From positions 19,904,001 through 19,968,000 of the forward strand of contig CM075988.1 of NCBI GenBank assembly GCA_038087875.1: a stretch of 64,000 bases of DNA, written 5' to 3'. Positions 41,721 to 54,338 of this stretch are shown in pieces. A program made the translations under genes and the position numbers. This DNA comes from Malacoraja senta (lineage: Eukaryota). The stretch's first letter is position 1. Each line of letters starts with the position of its first letter. A model generated the notes under the pieces. That model made no database searches. It was not told the origin of the DNA and saw nothing but the letters and a program-made list of their open reading frames with translations.

Positions 41721-43044
41721 GCTTGTGATATTATTTGCTCATTCATTAAATCCAGACACATATTGTTTTCTAATTTGTCATCTCCAGCACTTCTGTGTTT
41801 GTTTTAAGCACAGCAAGGATCATTAGGGTGGAATATTTTATTTCCCGCTGTTTAAAAAAAGAAAGGCTTTCTCCGTGAGATGCTACCTTAAGGGTCACTG
41901 AGCTTTCATTTTCAAATTTATGGATAGGAAGGGTTTAGAGGGATATAATCCAGATGCAGGCGAATGAGGTTAGCCCAACTTGGTCAGCATGTTCAAGGTG
42001 GGCCAAATGATCTATTTCCATGCTGTACAGCTCTATGACTCAATTTCTTGGAGTTACAAATTCATTACAAAATAGGCGCTTCACTAGCTGGTGAATAGTA
42101 GTAACCATTTATTGACTGCTGACAAGGAGGAAAGCTGCAATGCTCTTGAGGGGTTAATGCCCACCTTAGCTGACATTACCACTAAATATGGAAACCAGGA
42201 CTGAGGACTTCAACTATGGTCTCTGATGCTAAATGTGTGTGAACATTCTGGCCAAAGGCTGTATTCAATTGCCTTGAAGTCAATGAATCTGAACACAGAG
42301 AGCCCAATAAAACTGGGAGCTGATGCTTGTCCATGCCGTTAGTGTCAACAACCAGAGGTTAAACAAAATCCACCTTGTGTGGTCTTCCACAATGTTGGGG
42401 CATAAACTTCCTCAGGTTCAGGTGGCAAGATACAAGTGTTTATTTGCCATACGCACCGGATATGAACCGAGACAATGAAACTCTCACTTGCTGCAGCTTT
42501 ACAGGCACATCACATGCAACAAGAACAGAAATAAACATGCAATAAATTATCTGTTATTCCGAAATGGAATTTTGTGCGAGGAACATTATAAATGTTCAGA
42601 AGTGAAGGAAGACTGAAGATATACACAAGGAGATCGCCGATCAATGGGATTCAGAAAGAACTTTACAAGTATTTAATTACATTAAGAATAATTAAGAATC
42701 AGGACAATCATTTAGAGACTAACACATTCAACTTGTGTTTGTAAGTGTGTCTCAGTTGTCACTGGTGATGTTTTATGCTTCTGAGAAGGTTTAGCCAAAT
42801 GATTTCAGCTAAGGGCCAACAAGATTAATGCAAAAGGCCAATTAAGAATGAACAACTTTGCTGTAGGGCTGAAATAACATTTAGACTGGGCAACGAAAGT
42901 AGATTTCTTGACCTAAAGCACATTAGTAAACCAGAGGAATGGCTACAATAAACCAAACAGGCTTTTTTAATCCATTTTAAAAACATTTAGTAAGTGAATT
43001 AAATTCTGCTACAGTTTAATATTGATCAGTTTATCTCTCTAGAT

Positions 43045-43250
43045 CAAGGGTTCCCAACCTAGGGTAAATTTACCAGGGGGGGGGGGGGTAAATTTCACCT
43101 ACCCAGGGGGTAAATTTGTTGATTCTGGATTTGTACTTTTTTTTTTCATTGACTGACTGCATTTGGTTCTGGTATACTGGTATCTGTTCATCATTAGTTC
43201 ATAAATGTGCTATTAAAGTTGCCGGGGTAAATGGGACGAAAAAGGTTGGG
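43045..43250. mobile_element. Second copy of the hAT MITE, right TIR truncated
   Basis: Starts caagggttcccaacc after ctctagat; interior matches 1331-1499; ends 'aaaggttggg'. Confidence 0.8.
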
Positions 43251-43420
43251 ACATACAGGTTTGTAGGTTAATTGGCTTGGTATAATTGTAAAATTATAAA
43301 ATTATTGTAAAATTGCCCTAGTGTGCATAGGATAGTGTTAGTGTGCGAAGATCGCTGGTCGGCACGAACTCGGAGGGGCGAAGAAGCCGTTTCCGCACTG
43401 TTTCTCTAAGCTAAACTAAT
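43251..43420 (+). mobile_element. V-SINE 3' half
   Basis: 'acatacaggtttgtaggttaattggc...gatcgctggtcggc...ctaaactaa'. Confidence 0.75.
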
Positions 43421-43764
43421 CTCTTATTCTTGGTATCATTGTGCCTGATATGTAGTAGGATTGTCACCAAACTACACAAAAAAAATGAATTTCCCTGTAC
43501 TTAGCTACACGTTACAATAAAGTACCATTGAACCATTGTATCTTCAGTTGACATTTCTTTCATTTCACTTTTCTGCCTGTTATTGCTAAGCCATCACTCT
43601 TTTAGATTCAACAACGTTTGCTAAAGGCTTGAGATATTTTTAGTCTTTCCCTTTGATTTTGTCGCATCCACTTCAATGTCACTTGTTGGAGATAATTGGA
43701 GATAATTCAAAGCCTATAAGCGGACTTAAACAGTCAGCTGTATCCCAATGTGGAGCATTTGCAT

Positions 43765-44135
43765 CTCAGATTTGTCTCACTCCAGAAACATGAGCATAAA
43801 AATCTATCCTGATGCATCAGTAGGCGCTGAAGGAGTGTTGCTCTCCTGGAGGTGTGCTCCTGTGGATGAAGTATTAAGCTATGGACTGTATGCTCGCTCA
43901 TGTAAACATATCAGATGACACTGTTAGGTCTTCTAGTCAGTGGTTCTCTCTTAATCAGCATTGCTAAAACAATTTATATATTTACCACCTTCATTAGTGA
44001 GAGCTTGCTGTGCACAAATTATCTACTGCGTCTGATATTGCAACAGTGAGTCCTGTTTTATTGGCAGTACTGGCTTTGGTGATGTTATGAAAATGACATG
44101 AAAGCTACAATAGAAATGCAAGCATTTTCTTTTCT
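43765..44135 (+). mobile_element. Ancient SacSINE1/DeuSINE-like relic
   Basis: 'actccagaaacatgagc...ctgaaggagtgttgc...gagcttgctgtgcacaaatt...atagaaatgcaagcattttcttt'; colinear with 19600. Confidence 0.65.
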
Positions 44136-44757
44136 TAAACAGTTGATTGAAAATTATCTTAATTTCTGATCCATTTGGATTTTATTATGTTTGAAGCTCA
44201 TCCTTGCTTTTTTTGAGTTATGAGCCTTTCATGCTCATGGGAGCATATTGATGTAATGCTCCATATTTATTGTGTACTTTGTTTATTGTGAAAATGTCAA
44301 ATAATGCACTTTTAATTTCTGTTCAGATTAATGATCTGTAGAGTCAGCTTCCTGGCATTTTGATTTGTTTCCAGACCTTTAGCAAGGAGACGTGCTTAAA
44401 ATGAAATTGCTTTCTTCATTGAAAACAGAAAGCAGTTGATAGTGCTTACAGCATGAAAAATAACACACAGACTAAATAAAAATCAGACTTTGATTTGGAG
44501 ATATCTCTACTGAAATGGGAGCAAGACAATGTTCTACTTTGCATTTGCCATTACACTGGCAGCATTCTATGATGAAGCTACGATTCACACAATCCAGAAA
44601 AGGATCCAACATTTTGTAAAATCATTTCAATTTAAATCATGTTTAAATTTATACTAAAAACAGAAAATGTTGGAATTCCTGGAATTCATGGAAGGAGAAA
44701 CTGAGTGAACATTCCTGGTCAGAAATTCTTCATCCAGCTGCTTTGTACTATTGTTGG

Positions 44758-44982
44758 GGTCACAAGGAACTGCAGATGCTGGAATCCTGAACAAAACACA
44801 AAATGCTGGAGTTACTCAGCAGCTCAGGCAACATCTGTGGAGGGAATGGATAGGCGATCCTTTGGGTCGGGACTCATCTTCAGACTGATTGACGTAGGGT
44901 CCCGACCCGAAACATTGCTTATCCATTCCCTCCACAGATGTTGCTTCGCCCGCTGAGTTCCTCCAGCACTTATGTTTTGCTT
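44758..44982. mobile_element. Fold-back Penelope-end insertion
   Basis: Inverted arms around 'cttcagactga...agggtcccgacccgaaac'. Confidence 0.75.
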
Positions 44983-45695
44983 GTTTGTTCATTCCTTAAA
45001 TCCACAAACATATTGTTGTTTAATTCCTGTATATCTACATCAAGAACAGAGGTTTTCTTCTTGACATTTTCTCATATACCACTTGAGCCTCATACCGTAC
45101 ATTGTATAACTCACAAGAATGTAAAAACAGATTTCAATGCTCTGATGAAGAACACTTTCTGTTTTATTGTAGCAATTGGCTTTTCACACTCATTACCACC
45201 TCTTGGGATCTGGTGATCCCAACAGAAGCACAGCTGTGTTTCTGGAGAAAATGGCAATTCAACCTACTCCAAAGCAACCAACTATTTCTAAATGTTGTGA
45301 TGTCAGGAGTAGGTGCACAAAGAATCTCCCACACACATCCTGATAATGAGCTGGTAATCTGTTTTTAATCATGCCAATATAAAGATATTAGCAAGGAAAT
45401 TAAGATTTCCCACGGAATGCCATAATTGTATCCGTCTCCACCAAACATTCCTTTTGTACATGTTCTATAGAATAGGAGCCACATGCCCTCCAGATGTACA
45501 GCAGGCTGGTAATGTGATTACTATTAGCTCCGTAGAACTCATGACTTGACATTTTCATTTCATAAATGACAGCAAACTCCTTAAGTTGAGGTTGACATAT
45601 CCTCAGTTATCGTAACGTAACAGCTGACGCTAGGATCGCCTTCTCTTTCTATCACACCCTCCTTGCCATGAGTAAACGTTGTATATACTCTTTAC

Positions 45696-45900
45696 CTACG
45701 AGGGTCAATGCATCGAGAGTTTGAGGAGACGCGATCCTAAGTGAAAGGCCAGCTCACTTCCCTGACTGCAGCCCTGATGTCTCAGCGATGCTGAGCTGCC
45801 TCATCTACTGATGAACGACCAAATTCACTGGTCCTGACTACTCGGACACAACGGCTGAGCGCCACTTCTTGCATGAACACACTCCCCCTCTTTTATGCCT
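45696..45900 (-). promoter_or_regulatory. Candidate promoter and non-coding first exon
   Basis: Minus-strand CATAAAAG (45890-45897), local CpG retention, donor-like TAG|GTAAAG at 45696/45695. Confidence 0.3.
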
Positions 45901-48591
45901 GGTACCTATGTAGGCTGATTGTTAATATTTAAAATGGGAGATTATCTAAAGTGAGGAAATCAAAGTTTTGAAAGTTTCCAGAACTCATGCTTCTGGACAA
46001 CTTCTGGATATCAATGTTTCTGTTGCTTTTTAGTCATGACCAAGAAGACACAAGAAACTGAAAATGCCAAATCCCTGTGGGTTACTGCGCTTCACGTCCC
46101 TTCCAAGTACAGTCGAAAGCAGATGAGAGCTTCTGCCTCTACTATCCTGTCAGGGGGCCAGTTCCAATACTCATACCACCCTCTGCGTGCAAACATCTTT
46201 CCTCATCTCCGTTCTAATGATTCTACTGTAAATTTACATAACCTATTTTTGACCCTTTACACTTATTCTAGTAAGGGTCTCCACAATTTTATGCTTCATA
46301 CTTAAATATTAGCTCTCCCTCCTCTTGCAAGGAAAGCAATCCAGGCTGATTTAACTCATGGAGCTACAATTGTTCAGTCCTGGCAACATCTCTGTAAATC
46401 TCCTCTGTATCCACATCATTGCAATCACATATTTCCTGTAAAATGATGATCAAAATTGTATGCAGTACTCAAACTGTATGGAAACTATTTCCAAGTTATC
46501 CTTTAACCACACTGTAGGGACATCTTTGGCCACAATTGTTTAAGAAGCTTCTCAATACGTTTTCTCAATTGCAATAAATGAAGCATCACTAATATTCCAT
46601 GAGTAAGAAAATAAAACATGCACATGGGTGGGGATGTACAGATATCTAATTCATAATCCAAATTGGATAATTGGTCACTTATTTCAAGCATGCTATGGAA
46701 TACTGTGGCATTTTATTGTAAACCAATTATATTCCCTTATATTACAAAAAAAAGTAATGATGAAGTCATGGTTTGGAATGATGATGCCTAGACTGGCCAA
46801 CAGAATCAATAGATAATTCTCACATGTTGGCAAGCAACTGTTGTTGTCCATGCTTTTGCTCTTCTTCCTAGAGCATGCTTCACATGTATGGAAGACAGGG
46901 AGAGCCAGCAGAGTAGTCTTGCATGGATAATATCCCAGCTGAGCCCACAGCTAGAAATGTACAGCTTCCAGCAGGGGTTACTGGACTGTGATCAGCACCG
47001 ATCATTACGCTCCCTGCGGCCCATCAAATCAAGTGGAGCATGGCATTGGCTGTTCTGGCTGAAATCCCTCGGCTGGGCATGGACTGAGGTTCAAATTCAA
47101 ATACACTTACTGTCAGCATTAAATGGAAAATCTGCAAAGAGATTGTTCCATCAGCCAGAGCAGAATGCCACGGTGACAGTAGTTCAGCAAACAGTCTGTG
47201 CCAGCTGTGAATGAGTAAACAAGTCATGAATAATTTGCTCTGCCACAAGAATGGATCGCGGTTTCACAGCTACCCAGAAATCTCTCTATGGGGGTTGTCC
47301 TTGCACCTGACCAAAATGAATAATCAAAATCCATAAAACATTAATTCTTTTAAAACCAGAAAGAAAACATTGTGCAGTGAAGCAGTCATAATTTAAAGTG
47401 AGAATCAAGGATAAAAGTCACTGATAATTTGTTTTTCTGAGCACAAAGAATGCATTGAATGTAAATAAAGTTACAGCTACTAATGTTCCTTTTAATATAA
47501 AACTTTAGAAATGTAAATCATTGTGTCACTCATTTGCATTAAGGAAAAACTTTGTGAATAACGAGATTGTTTAAAACAATTATACTGTATAATGGCTGTA
47601 AATGGGCACTTTAGGTTTCAGCGTACAGTATAATTTTCCAAATCCTGCATGGATATTTTTTTTCTCTTTCTTGCACTTCGCTTGGTATACGAAAAGTCCC
47701 ACTAAAGTTTGTTATAAAACATAATTTACAATAATACAGAGACACAAGAGACTGCAGGTGCTGGAATTTGGAGCAAACCAAAACTGCTGGAAGAACTCAG
47801 CATATGAAGCAGACCTGATGCAGTCTTGATCCGAAAAGTCATCCATTCTTTTGCTTCCACAGATGCTGCTCAACCCACTGAGTTATTCCAGTAGGTTGTT
47901 ACTTACAGTAATACCTCAATATGTTCTTGAGAAACACATTTGACTACACTGGGAAGTGTGTAAATAAGGAATTTAGGAATAAAGAACAAAAATATTTTAA
48001 AATAAGCAAAGACATAGATTAGTAAAACTATAATGGGATACAATGCAATATATACAGGGTACAGTACATTGAACTTACATTTCCAAATTCTTTGTTGACA
48101 AATAAACATAAAAGACTTCTCTGATTCGGTTGCTACTAGACAGATCATCAAGGCAGTGCCAGCAAAGAGGCCCATTGCCTAAAAAAGCAGTTACTCCAAA
48201 CATGAAATACATCAGAAGTTGTTTTTTAGTTAAAATCTAATACTGAAGATTCGAGCGCAACACTTAGCAGAGAGTGATTATCTGGTGCCATATTGAACAA
48301 GGGAATCAGATGATGCCTTAACCCTCAAATGAGATTAAAGCCTTGAATTCAATTCAAGGGAATTGTTTTATTTGATTTGTGCTGTGAATTTCATGGGATG
48401 CTTTCAGTCAGTTCTGTGCCTCATTATGCTGACAGCAGCTGTCAGTGTCACTGCTATCAAGCAGGCAGACTGAATGTTGTTGATATGCAATGACATTGAG
48501 AGATCGACAAATGGCGTGAGCACTATTGTCAGCTATTCCTAAAAACCATTACCAATGTTACCTGCACCTTAAGCAACTCTGCTCACATCTT

Positions 48592-48835
48592 GTTAAAGAA
48601 GGAACTGCAGATGCTGGAAAATCGAAGGTACACAAAAATGCTGGAGAAACTCAGCGGGTGCAGCAGCATCTATGGAGCGAAGGAAATAGGTAACGTTTCG
48701 GGCCGAAGAAGGGTTTCAGACCCGCCACTGACGTTTCGGGTCTGAAGAAGGGTTTCGGCCCGAAACGTTACCTATTTCCTTCGCTCCATAGATGCTGCTG
48801 CACCCGCTGAGTTTCTCCAGCATTTTTGTGTACCT
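48592..48835. mobile_element. Young fold-back Penelope-end insertion with HHR-like motif
   Basis: Near-identical to the 26726 subfamily, opposite orientation; 14-bp TSD tctgctcacatctt (48578-48591 / 48836-48849). Confidence 0.88.
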
Positions 48836-50086
48836 TCTGCTCACATCTTATTTAGCTCCTTTCCTACTAAGCTTGTTTCATTACCAGCAAATATGAGTGG
48901 CAATATGTATTTATAATCCTCCTAGGTCATCAGTAACCAGATTGACCAGAGGTGCTACAAAACCTATCATGTTTACTCTTCTGCCATTTTGTACAGCTGC
49001 CTGTCTGAGTCAGAAGGTATATTTTTTTCCTGGAGCTGGAGAACAAATCCAAACTTGACCTTGTTTCATTGGAACTCGAGAATGTTTTGCTTTCAGGCAG
49101 TGACACATGGGTAAGAAATTAAGCAGAAGCTCAGTTTTTGTTGGACTAAACCTTCGTCTCCACAATCTCTCGAGGTGTCCAAATCAATGTCCCTCTCTTG
49201 GACTAACATAACCACAACCAGAATAATTGGTCACTCATTTACTGCATGGCTTGAGTCAGAGCTGCACTCAAATTGGCTGTCATATTTACCAACAGACAGC
49301 AGTGTACATCAGGAAGTAATTAATTATCAAGGCCTTCGAGAAATCAGTGTGAAATGGTATAAAATGTCACATCAATACAAACCTTTCTCTCTTTCCATCA
49401 GGGACCAATTCAAGCAAAGCTTCATCCATCAGACTATTTAAGGAACCTCTGCTGCTTACTTCTGAAGTAGTAAACAAGGCACCTTTGTTACAATCGCCAG
49501 AAGCATTACATTCACTGCACTGGCCTTCATCCAAGGGCTCTGGTGTTGGCCTTCTCCCTTGTTTGCTCACAAGACTCACACCATCTCATTATCGATTCTA
49601 GTCATTTATGTTTGTCTTCTTCAAGCCATTTTCCCATTCAGTGTCAAGGAGTTTTTGCTATATTAAAGGCACTATATAAATGGATGGTGGACAGTGATAA
49701 TAAGAATGATCATGAAGGTGATGATATTTTTGTTTTCATTTGATTATTATTAATAAAATAAGGTTTTCCAGTAGCCCTCAATATTTGAGTGATTATTCCG
49801 GGCAGTGTAGCAGGGAAAGGGGCTAAAGGTGCACCAAGATATACAATGGGACAAAAGAATAATCTCAATGCTCTGCTGATATTAGTCTTTCTTGTGCGTT
49901 ATTGTTCAGTCACTTCCCTTTGAGACTTTGGCTACACACAATATTCTGGTTTTGTGACCAGATTCTTTCCACTGATAACACCTGACCAAAATGCTGCTAG
50001 GAGCAGCCAATGATTATGACATAGTAATACACTCAATAGGCATGAATAAATTCTTAAGATCTTACAATCAATCATTGATACATCAT

Positions 50087-50338
50087 AGATAGACACAAAA
50101 AGCTGGAGTAACTCAGCGGGACAGGCAACATTTCTGGAGAGAAGGAATGGGTGACGTTTCGGGTCGAGACCTTTCTTCAGACTGGTCTGAAGAAGGGTCT
50201 TGATCGACCAGTCTGAAGGTTTTTGACCCGAAATGACACCTATTCCTTCTCTCCAGAGATGCTGCCTGTCCCACTGAGTTACTCCAGCTTTTTATGTCTA
50301 TCTTTGGTTTAAACCAGCATCTGCAGTTCCTTCCTGCA
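50087..50338. mobile_element. Fold-back Penelope-end insertion, second subfamily
   Basis: 14-bp TSD cattgatacatcat (50073-50086 / 50339-50352); inverted arms. Confidence 0.85.
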
Positions 50339-51959
50339 CATTGATACATCATGCTGTAAATTAGAAGTTAGAGATATATTATTATCAAATAACTCAATCT
50401 TTATTTATTCTACTGGGTGATATTCAGATAAAAATTCCAAAGAACATTTCCCATTCCAACATGGGCCATATTCACATTGGTGGACCGCACCATGGCATGC
50501 CACTCTGCAAAATAATAATTTGAGACTAACTAGAAGTAATAGGAGCTGCCTCTTCAACGCCGGAATAAAACTTGAAAGGCAACCCAAAGCTTGTCAATGT
50601 TCAAAAGCAATTTCATAGGTCCCTAATGACCCAAGAACAGAGCACAAGGCACATACCCTTCATTTCAGGTAGACATACCTGACAGAGGCTATCAGAATAT
50701 GAAGATTTGAGAGGATAGACGTGGAAGTATTTCCATTTGAAATCAAGAACAAACCAAGGGTCATAAGATAGTTGCTAATAAGTTTGAAAAGGAACGCAAA
50801 AGAAAATTCTTTACTCAGAGGATGGTTAGGCGGCACTACTTTTTGCTACCTAGTGTAGTCGTGGTGAATAACATTACAAGTAAAACTGGGTAAATCATTG
50901 GGGAAAAAAGGACAGTGGGATACATTGATGACATGAAATACAGTAGTGGCAATTGGTTCCAGTGAAGTATAAACAGAGACGTGGTGCTTGTGGGCCGAAT
51001 GGTCTGTGTTGTGTTCTAAATTTTCTACAACCATGGATATTAAGCGAATTATAAATCAGTTTAAATATTCTGAAAACATTGCAAAACCTACGTTGAAATT
51101 TCATGCTTTAAAAATTTGTCTTAATACAGTATTCTGTTTTTACTTGTTTTTAATTATTAAGTGCAGTTGTTTGCGAATCAAATGCTGAAACACAGTTGGT
51201 GCACTTTGAGATAACATCATCCTGCAAGCACTATATTGTATTCATGCTTCACTCCTCTTTATCCAAGCCTGATATAAATTCAATTCATCATTCTGGTGTC
51301 TGGTTTTGCAATGAAGTAATGCAGGCTACAGTGATTCTGAATAATTCATCCAGGATATGAAATACTTCAAGCTGGATGGTCTCCGTCTTTATAAAAGACA
51401 ATGGAGACTTTTGGTCCAGAGGATGGATAGTTCCAAAGTACATGTTGCAAAGAGTTGTTTAAGCTCAGTCAAGGCCATAGAATGTCATGTGGTAATTTGT
51501 GCTTTTTTACCATTCACTGATCCACAAGGCTTTAGCATTTAATTCAGTGATGCAAACATGTTCTCAAATGTTGGCATTTTTAAGGAGATAGAACGACTGC
51601 ACTGAAAGGAGAGTTTACAAATCTGAGAGAAAAATGATCATTCTCCTGCCATTTTTCAATTGCCATTTGTAAAGGATGAACGGCAGAGAACCAGGGAAAC
51701 GCAAACACGTACTCAGGAAACAGAAGAGCTTGTCCACAGAGTGCCTTGTGTTCCTCTTCATTACAAGTAAATATTCACAGCACTGTCTCATCCTTGGCCA
51801 GGTTCTCAAAACTTAAAGAGATCTCCCTCGTATCAGTGAACACCTTTATTCCATCACTGAGCCTTCCTAATTTCACCTCCATAATACCACCGTCAATCAC
51901 ATCATTGTTACCTCCAGGCTGATCTTCCCAACAAACTCCTTGCTGGTCTCCTCACTTCA

Positions 51960-52300
51960 GGTTTAGGTTTGGGTTTATTAGTGTCACATGTACCGAGGTA
52001 CAGTGTCAAGCTTTGTTTTGCATGCTATCCATACAGATCAGGTATACTATGCATAGATACAATCAATTCAAACTCAAATACAATAGACAGAGCAAAGGGG
52101 AAAAGATTGCAGAAGAGAGTTCTCAGCATTGTAGCGCATCAGTTCCATAGATAAAATCCAATCTCCTCAATGGGGTAAAGATGAAACAAATAATACCCTA
52201 TCTTATGTGAAGACTGTTCAAAAGCCTTAACAGAGGAGAAAAACCTGTTCCTGAGTTTGATGATGCGTGCTTTCAAACTGCTGTACCTTCTGCTGGAGGG
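51960..52300 (-). mobile_element. Rex1-like 3' fragment
   Basis: SSRRYSSLKARIIKLRNRFF and tail 'tttattagtgtcacatgtaccgaggtacagtg'. Confidence 0.7.
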
Positions 52301-53079
52301 GCAGAAGGAAGGAATCGCTTCATGATTTTGCCCCTTCCCACTGTTGTAGTTCCCTCCTCCTCTGGATAGAACACACACTGTATTCATCTTGCGAGCTACA
52401 AGCTTTTGAAACCTTAATAGTGTTATAATATTGATGAGATTTACCAGTTTTCATTAAAAATATCTTTCAGATCAAAACCCAGACAATTCTGTTGTGTTTT
52501 TCACGCTTGTGTAATTGTGCTTGTTACATGAGGTTAAATCTGTGCCTTGGTGGAAGCTGGCGTGAGATGAGGGTGGCTCTGCTCTTCACAGTATTATCTC
52601 AAACATGCGTGGCTTCCAGATTGTTACATTAATCCATTTACTGTCATAAATCTGGACAGATTTGACCACACTGCCTCCAGCATGGCACTAATTTATTTAA
52701 ATTTGTGCTGTTATTTTCCTTTATGAGACACTGATCACATTTTAACAGCTGTGCACCATTCTGTGAATGAAAAACACATGTAACAGATGTAACTAAGTGA
52801 AGACTATTAAAGTACAATTTTAAATATTCATTGGTACAAACAAAGATGAACTTCACACTAGCTCGCAGGGCTCCTGATGGCATAGTTAGTCAGGATGCGA
52901 CTTAATGTGATACAAAGCTGCTGAGAACCGAGGTTTCAAGATTGACCTCCCAATGTGTGCAGTTAGTTGATCTCAACAGTGATGTCAGCATCTACATAAT
53001 CACAGTGTCCCTGAGCCAACAGAGTAAACAAATATTATCGAGTTTTTTGTGGTCCATTCCCATAGAGGAAATATTGACA

Positions 53080-53470
53080 GAAATGCAGCCAACACATTCA
53101 AAGGAGTCCCACCCCATTCATTCCTCTCCCTGCTCTCATCGGGCTAGAGATACAGAAGTTTGAAAGTGCACACCACCAAAATCAGGAACAGCTTCTTCCC
53201 CTCTGTTATCAGGCTTCTGAACAGTCCTTCCAAAGCTAGGATTCTGTCCCATTTACTTCTACCCCATTGCAGGCATTGGATTTTGTCTATGGTACTGATG
53301 CACTACAATACTGAGAACTTTATTCTGTACTCTGTACCTCCCCCTTTGCACTATAAATTGTACTTGAGTTAACTTGATTGTATTTAAGCATGGTATATAT
53401 CTGAGCTGTTTGGATTGCTGGCTAGACAAAGCTTGTCACTGTACCTCAGTATATGTGACAAAAATAAACC
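53080..53470 (+). mobile_element. Rex1-like 3' fragment
   Basis: KVHTTKIRNSFFPSVIRLLN and tail 'cactgtacctcagtatatgtgacaaaaataaa'. Confidence 0.75.
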
Positions 53471-54307
53471 TCAGCTTAGAAACGTTATTTCCTAGGGCTT
53501 GTATGAGAGGGTAATTATCCCCAGAACTCACAATAGCAGCATCAATGCCAGAATCTCTAACTGCCTGCCAGGCCTTTAACCTACAGTTTGCATGTGTGTG
53601 GAGCGTTGCGGAATGTTGCTGTAGAACGCGATGTAGCAAAATTAGATAGGAGGAAGAGAAACCCCTGGTCAGATCAGAGTTGGTGTGACTTTGACTTCAG
53701 TTCCTTTTTCCGGTCGGCTCCCCAAAACACTCTAAATATATTCAATGAGTTCTCAAAGAGAACATTCCACCTCAACCATCTTAAGCAGGTGATCCTTATA
53801 CTGGAACTCTAGTTCCCTTGCTCCAGATTTCTACATCAGGGAATCAGCCCCTCAGAATACTTTCTGCTCCAATTAATCCCCTCCTGTCTCTGTACTCCAA
53901 CGAGTATAGATCTAACCAGCTCCTTAAACAAATCCTTCATTCCCAGAATCAATTTGGTGAACCTTTTCTGAACTGTCACCAGGTCAAGAATATCCCTCCT
54001 CGAGAATGAGTGCAATAATCTAAGTGTGATTAGCCAACATGCTGTGCACAATCCTAACAGCACAATCCGATAAATGCTCTGCTCAGGCAACATGGAATTC
54101 ATCTGTGAGTTTTTATCTATAGTGTGGTCCTCAATCTATTCCCCACTGACTGAAACAAAACAAAGATTACTGCATTCATTTGACAAAAAAAGATGTCTGG
54201 ATCCCTTGATTTAGTCCTGTAGAATATGACCTTGTTTTTCAAGTAGCAGGTTCCTGATTTTCCAATATCATCATCTCCTATCATGCAAAGTATGTTGATA
54301 ACTAAAA

Positions 54308-54338
<31 letters not shown>

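Noticed and set aside
45808..45840. CTGATGA plus hairpin as a hammerhead or C/D snoRNA
   Set aside because: No GAAA follows the stem, and the C-to-D box distance is too short for a snoRNA.
45830..45862. Resemblance to 7SL/Alu ('gtcctgactactcgg..ggctgag')
   Set aside because: Short gapped match only; the flanks do not follow 7SL.
46888..47214. 108-aa ORF in non-repeat DNA
   Set aside because: No recognisable domain or convincing splice context; the length is compatible with chance.
51675..51766. Possible plus-strand exon (aag|GATGAAC...ACAA|gtaaat)
   Set aside because: Weak splice sites and no recognisable peptide in either open frame.
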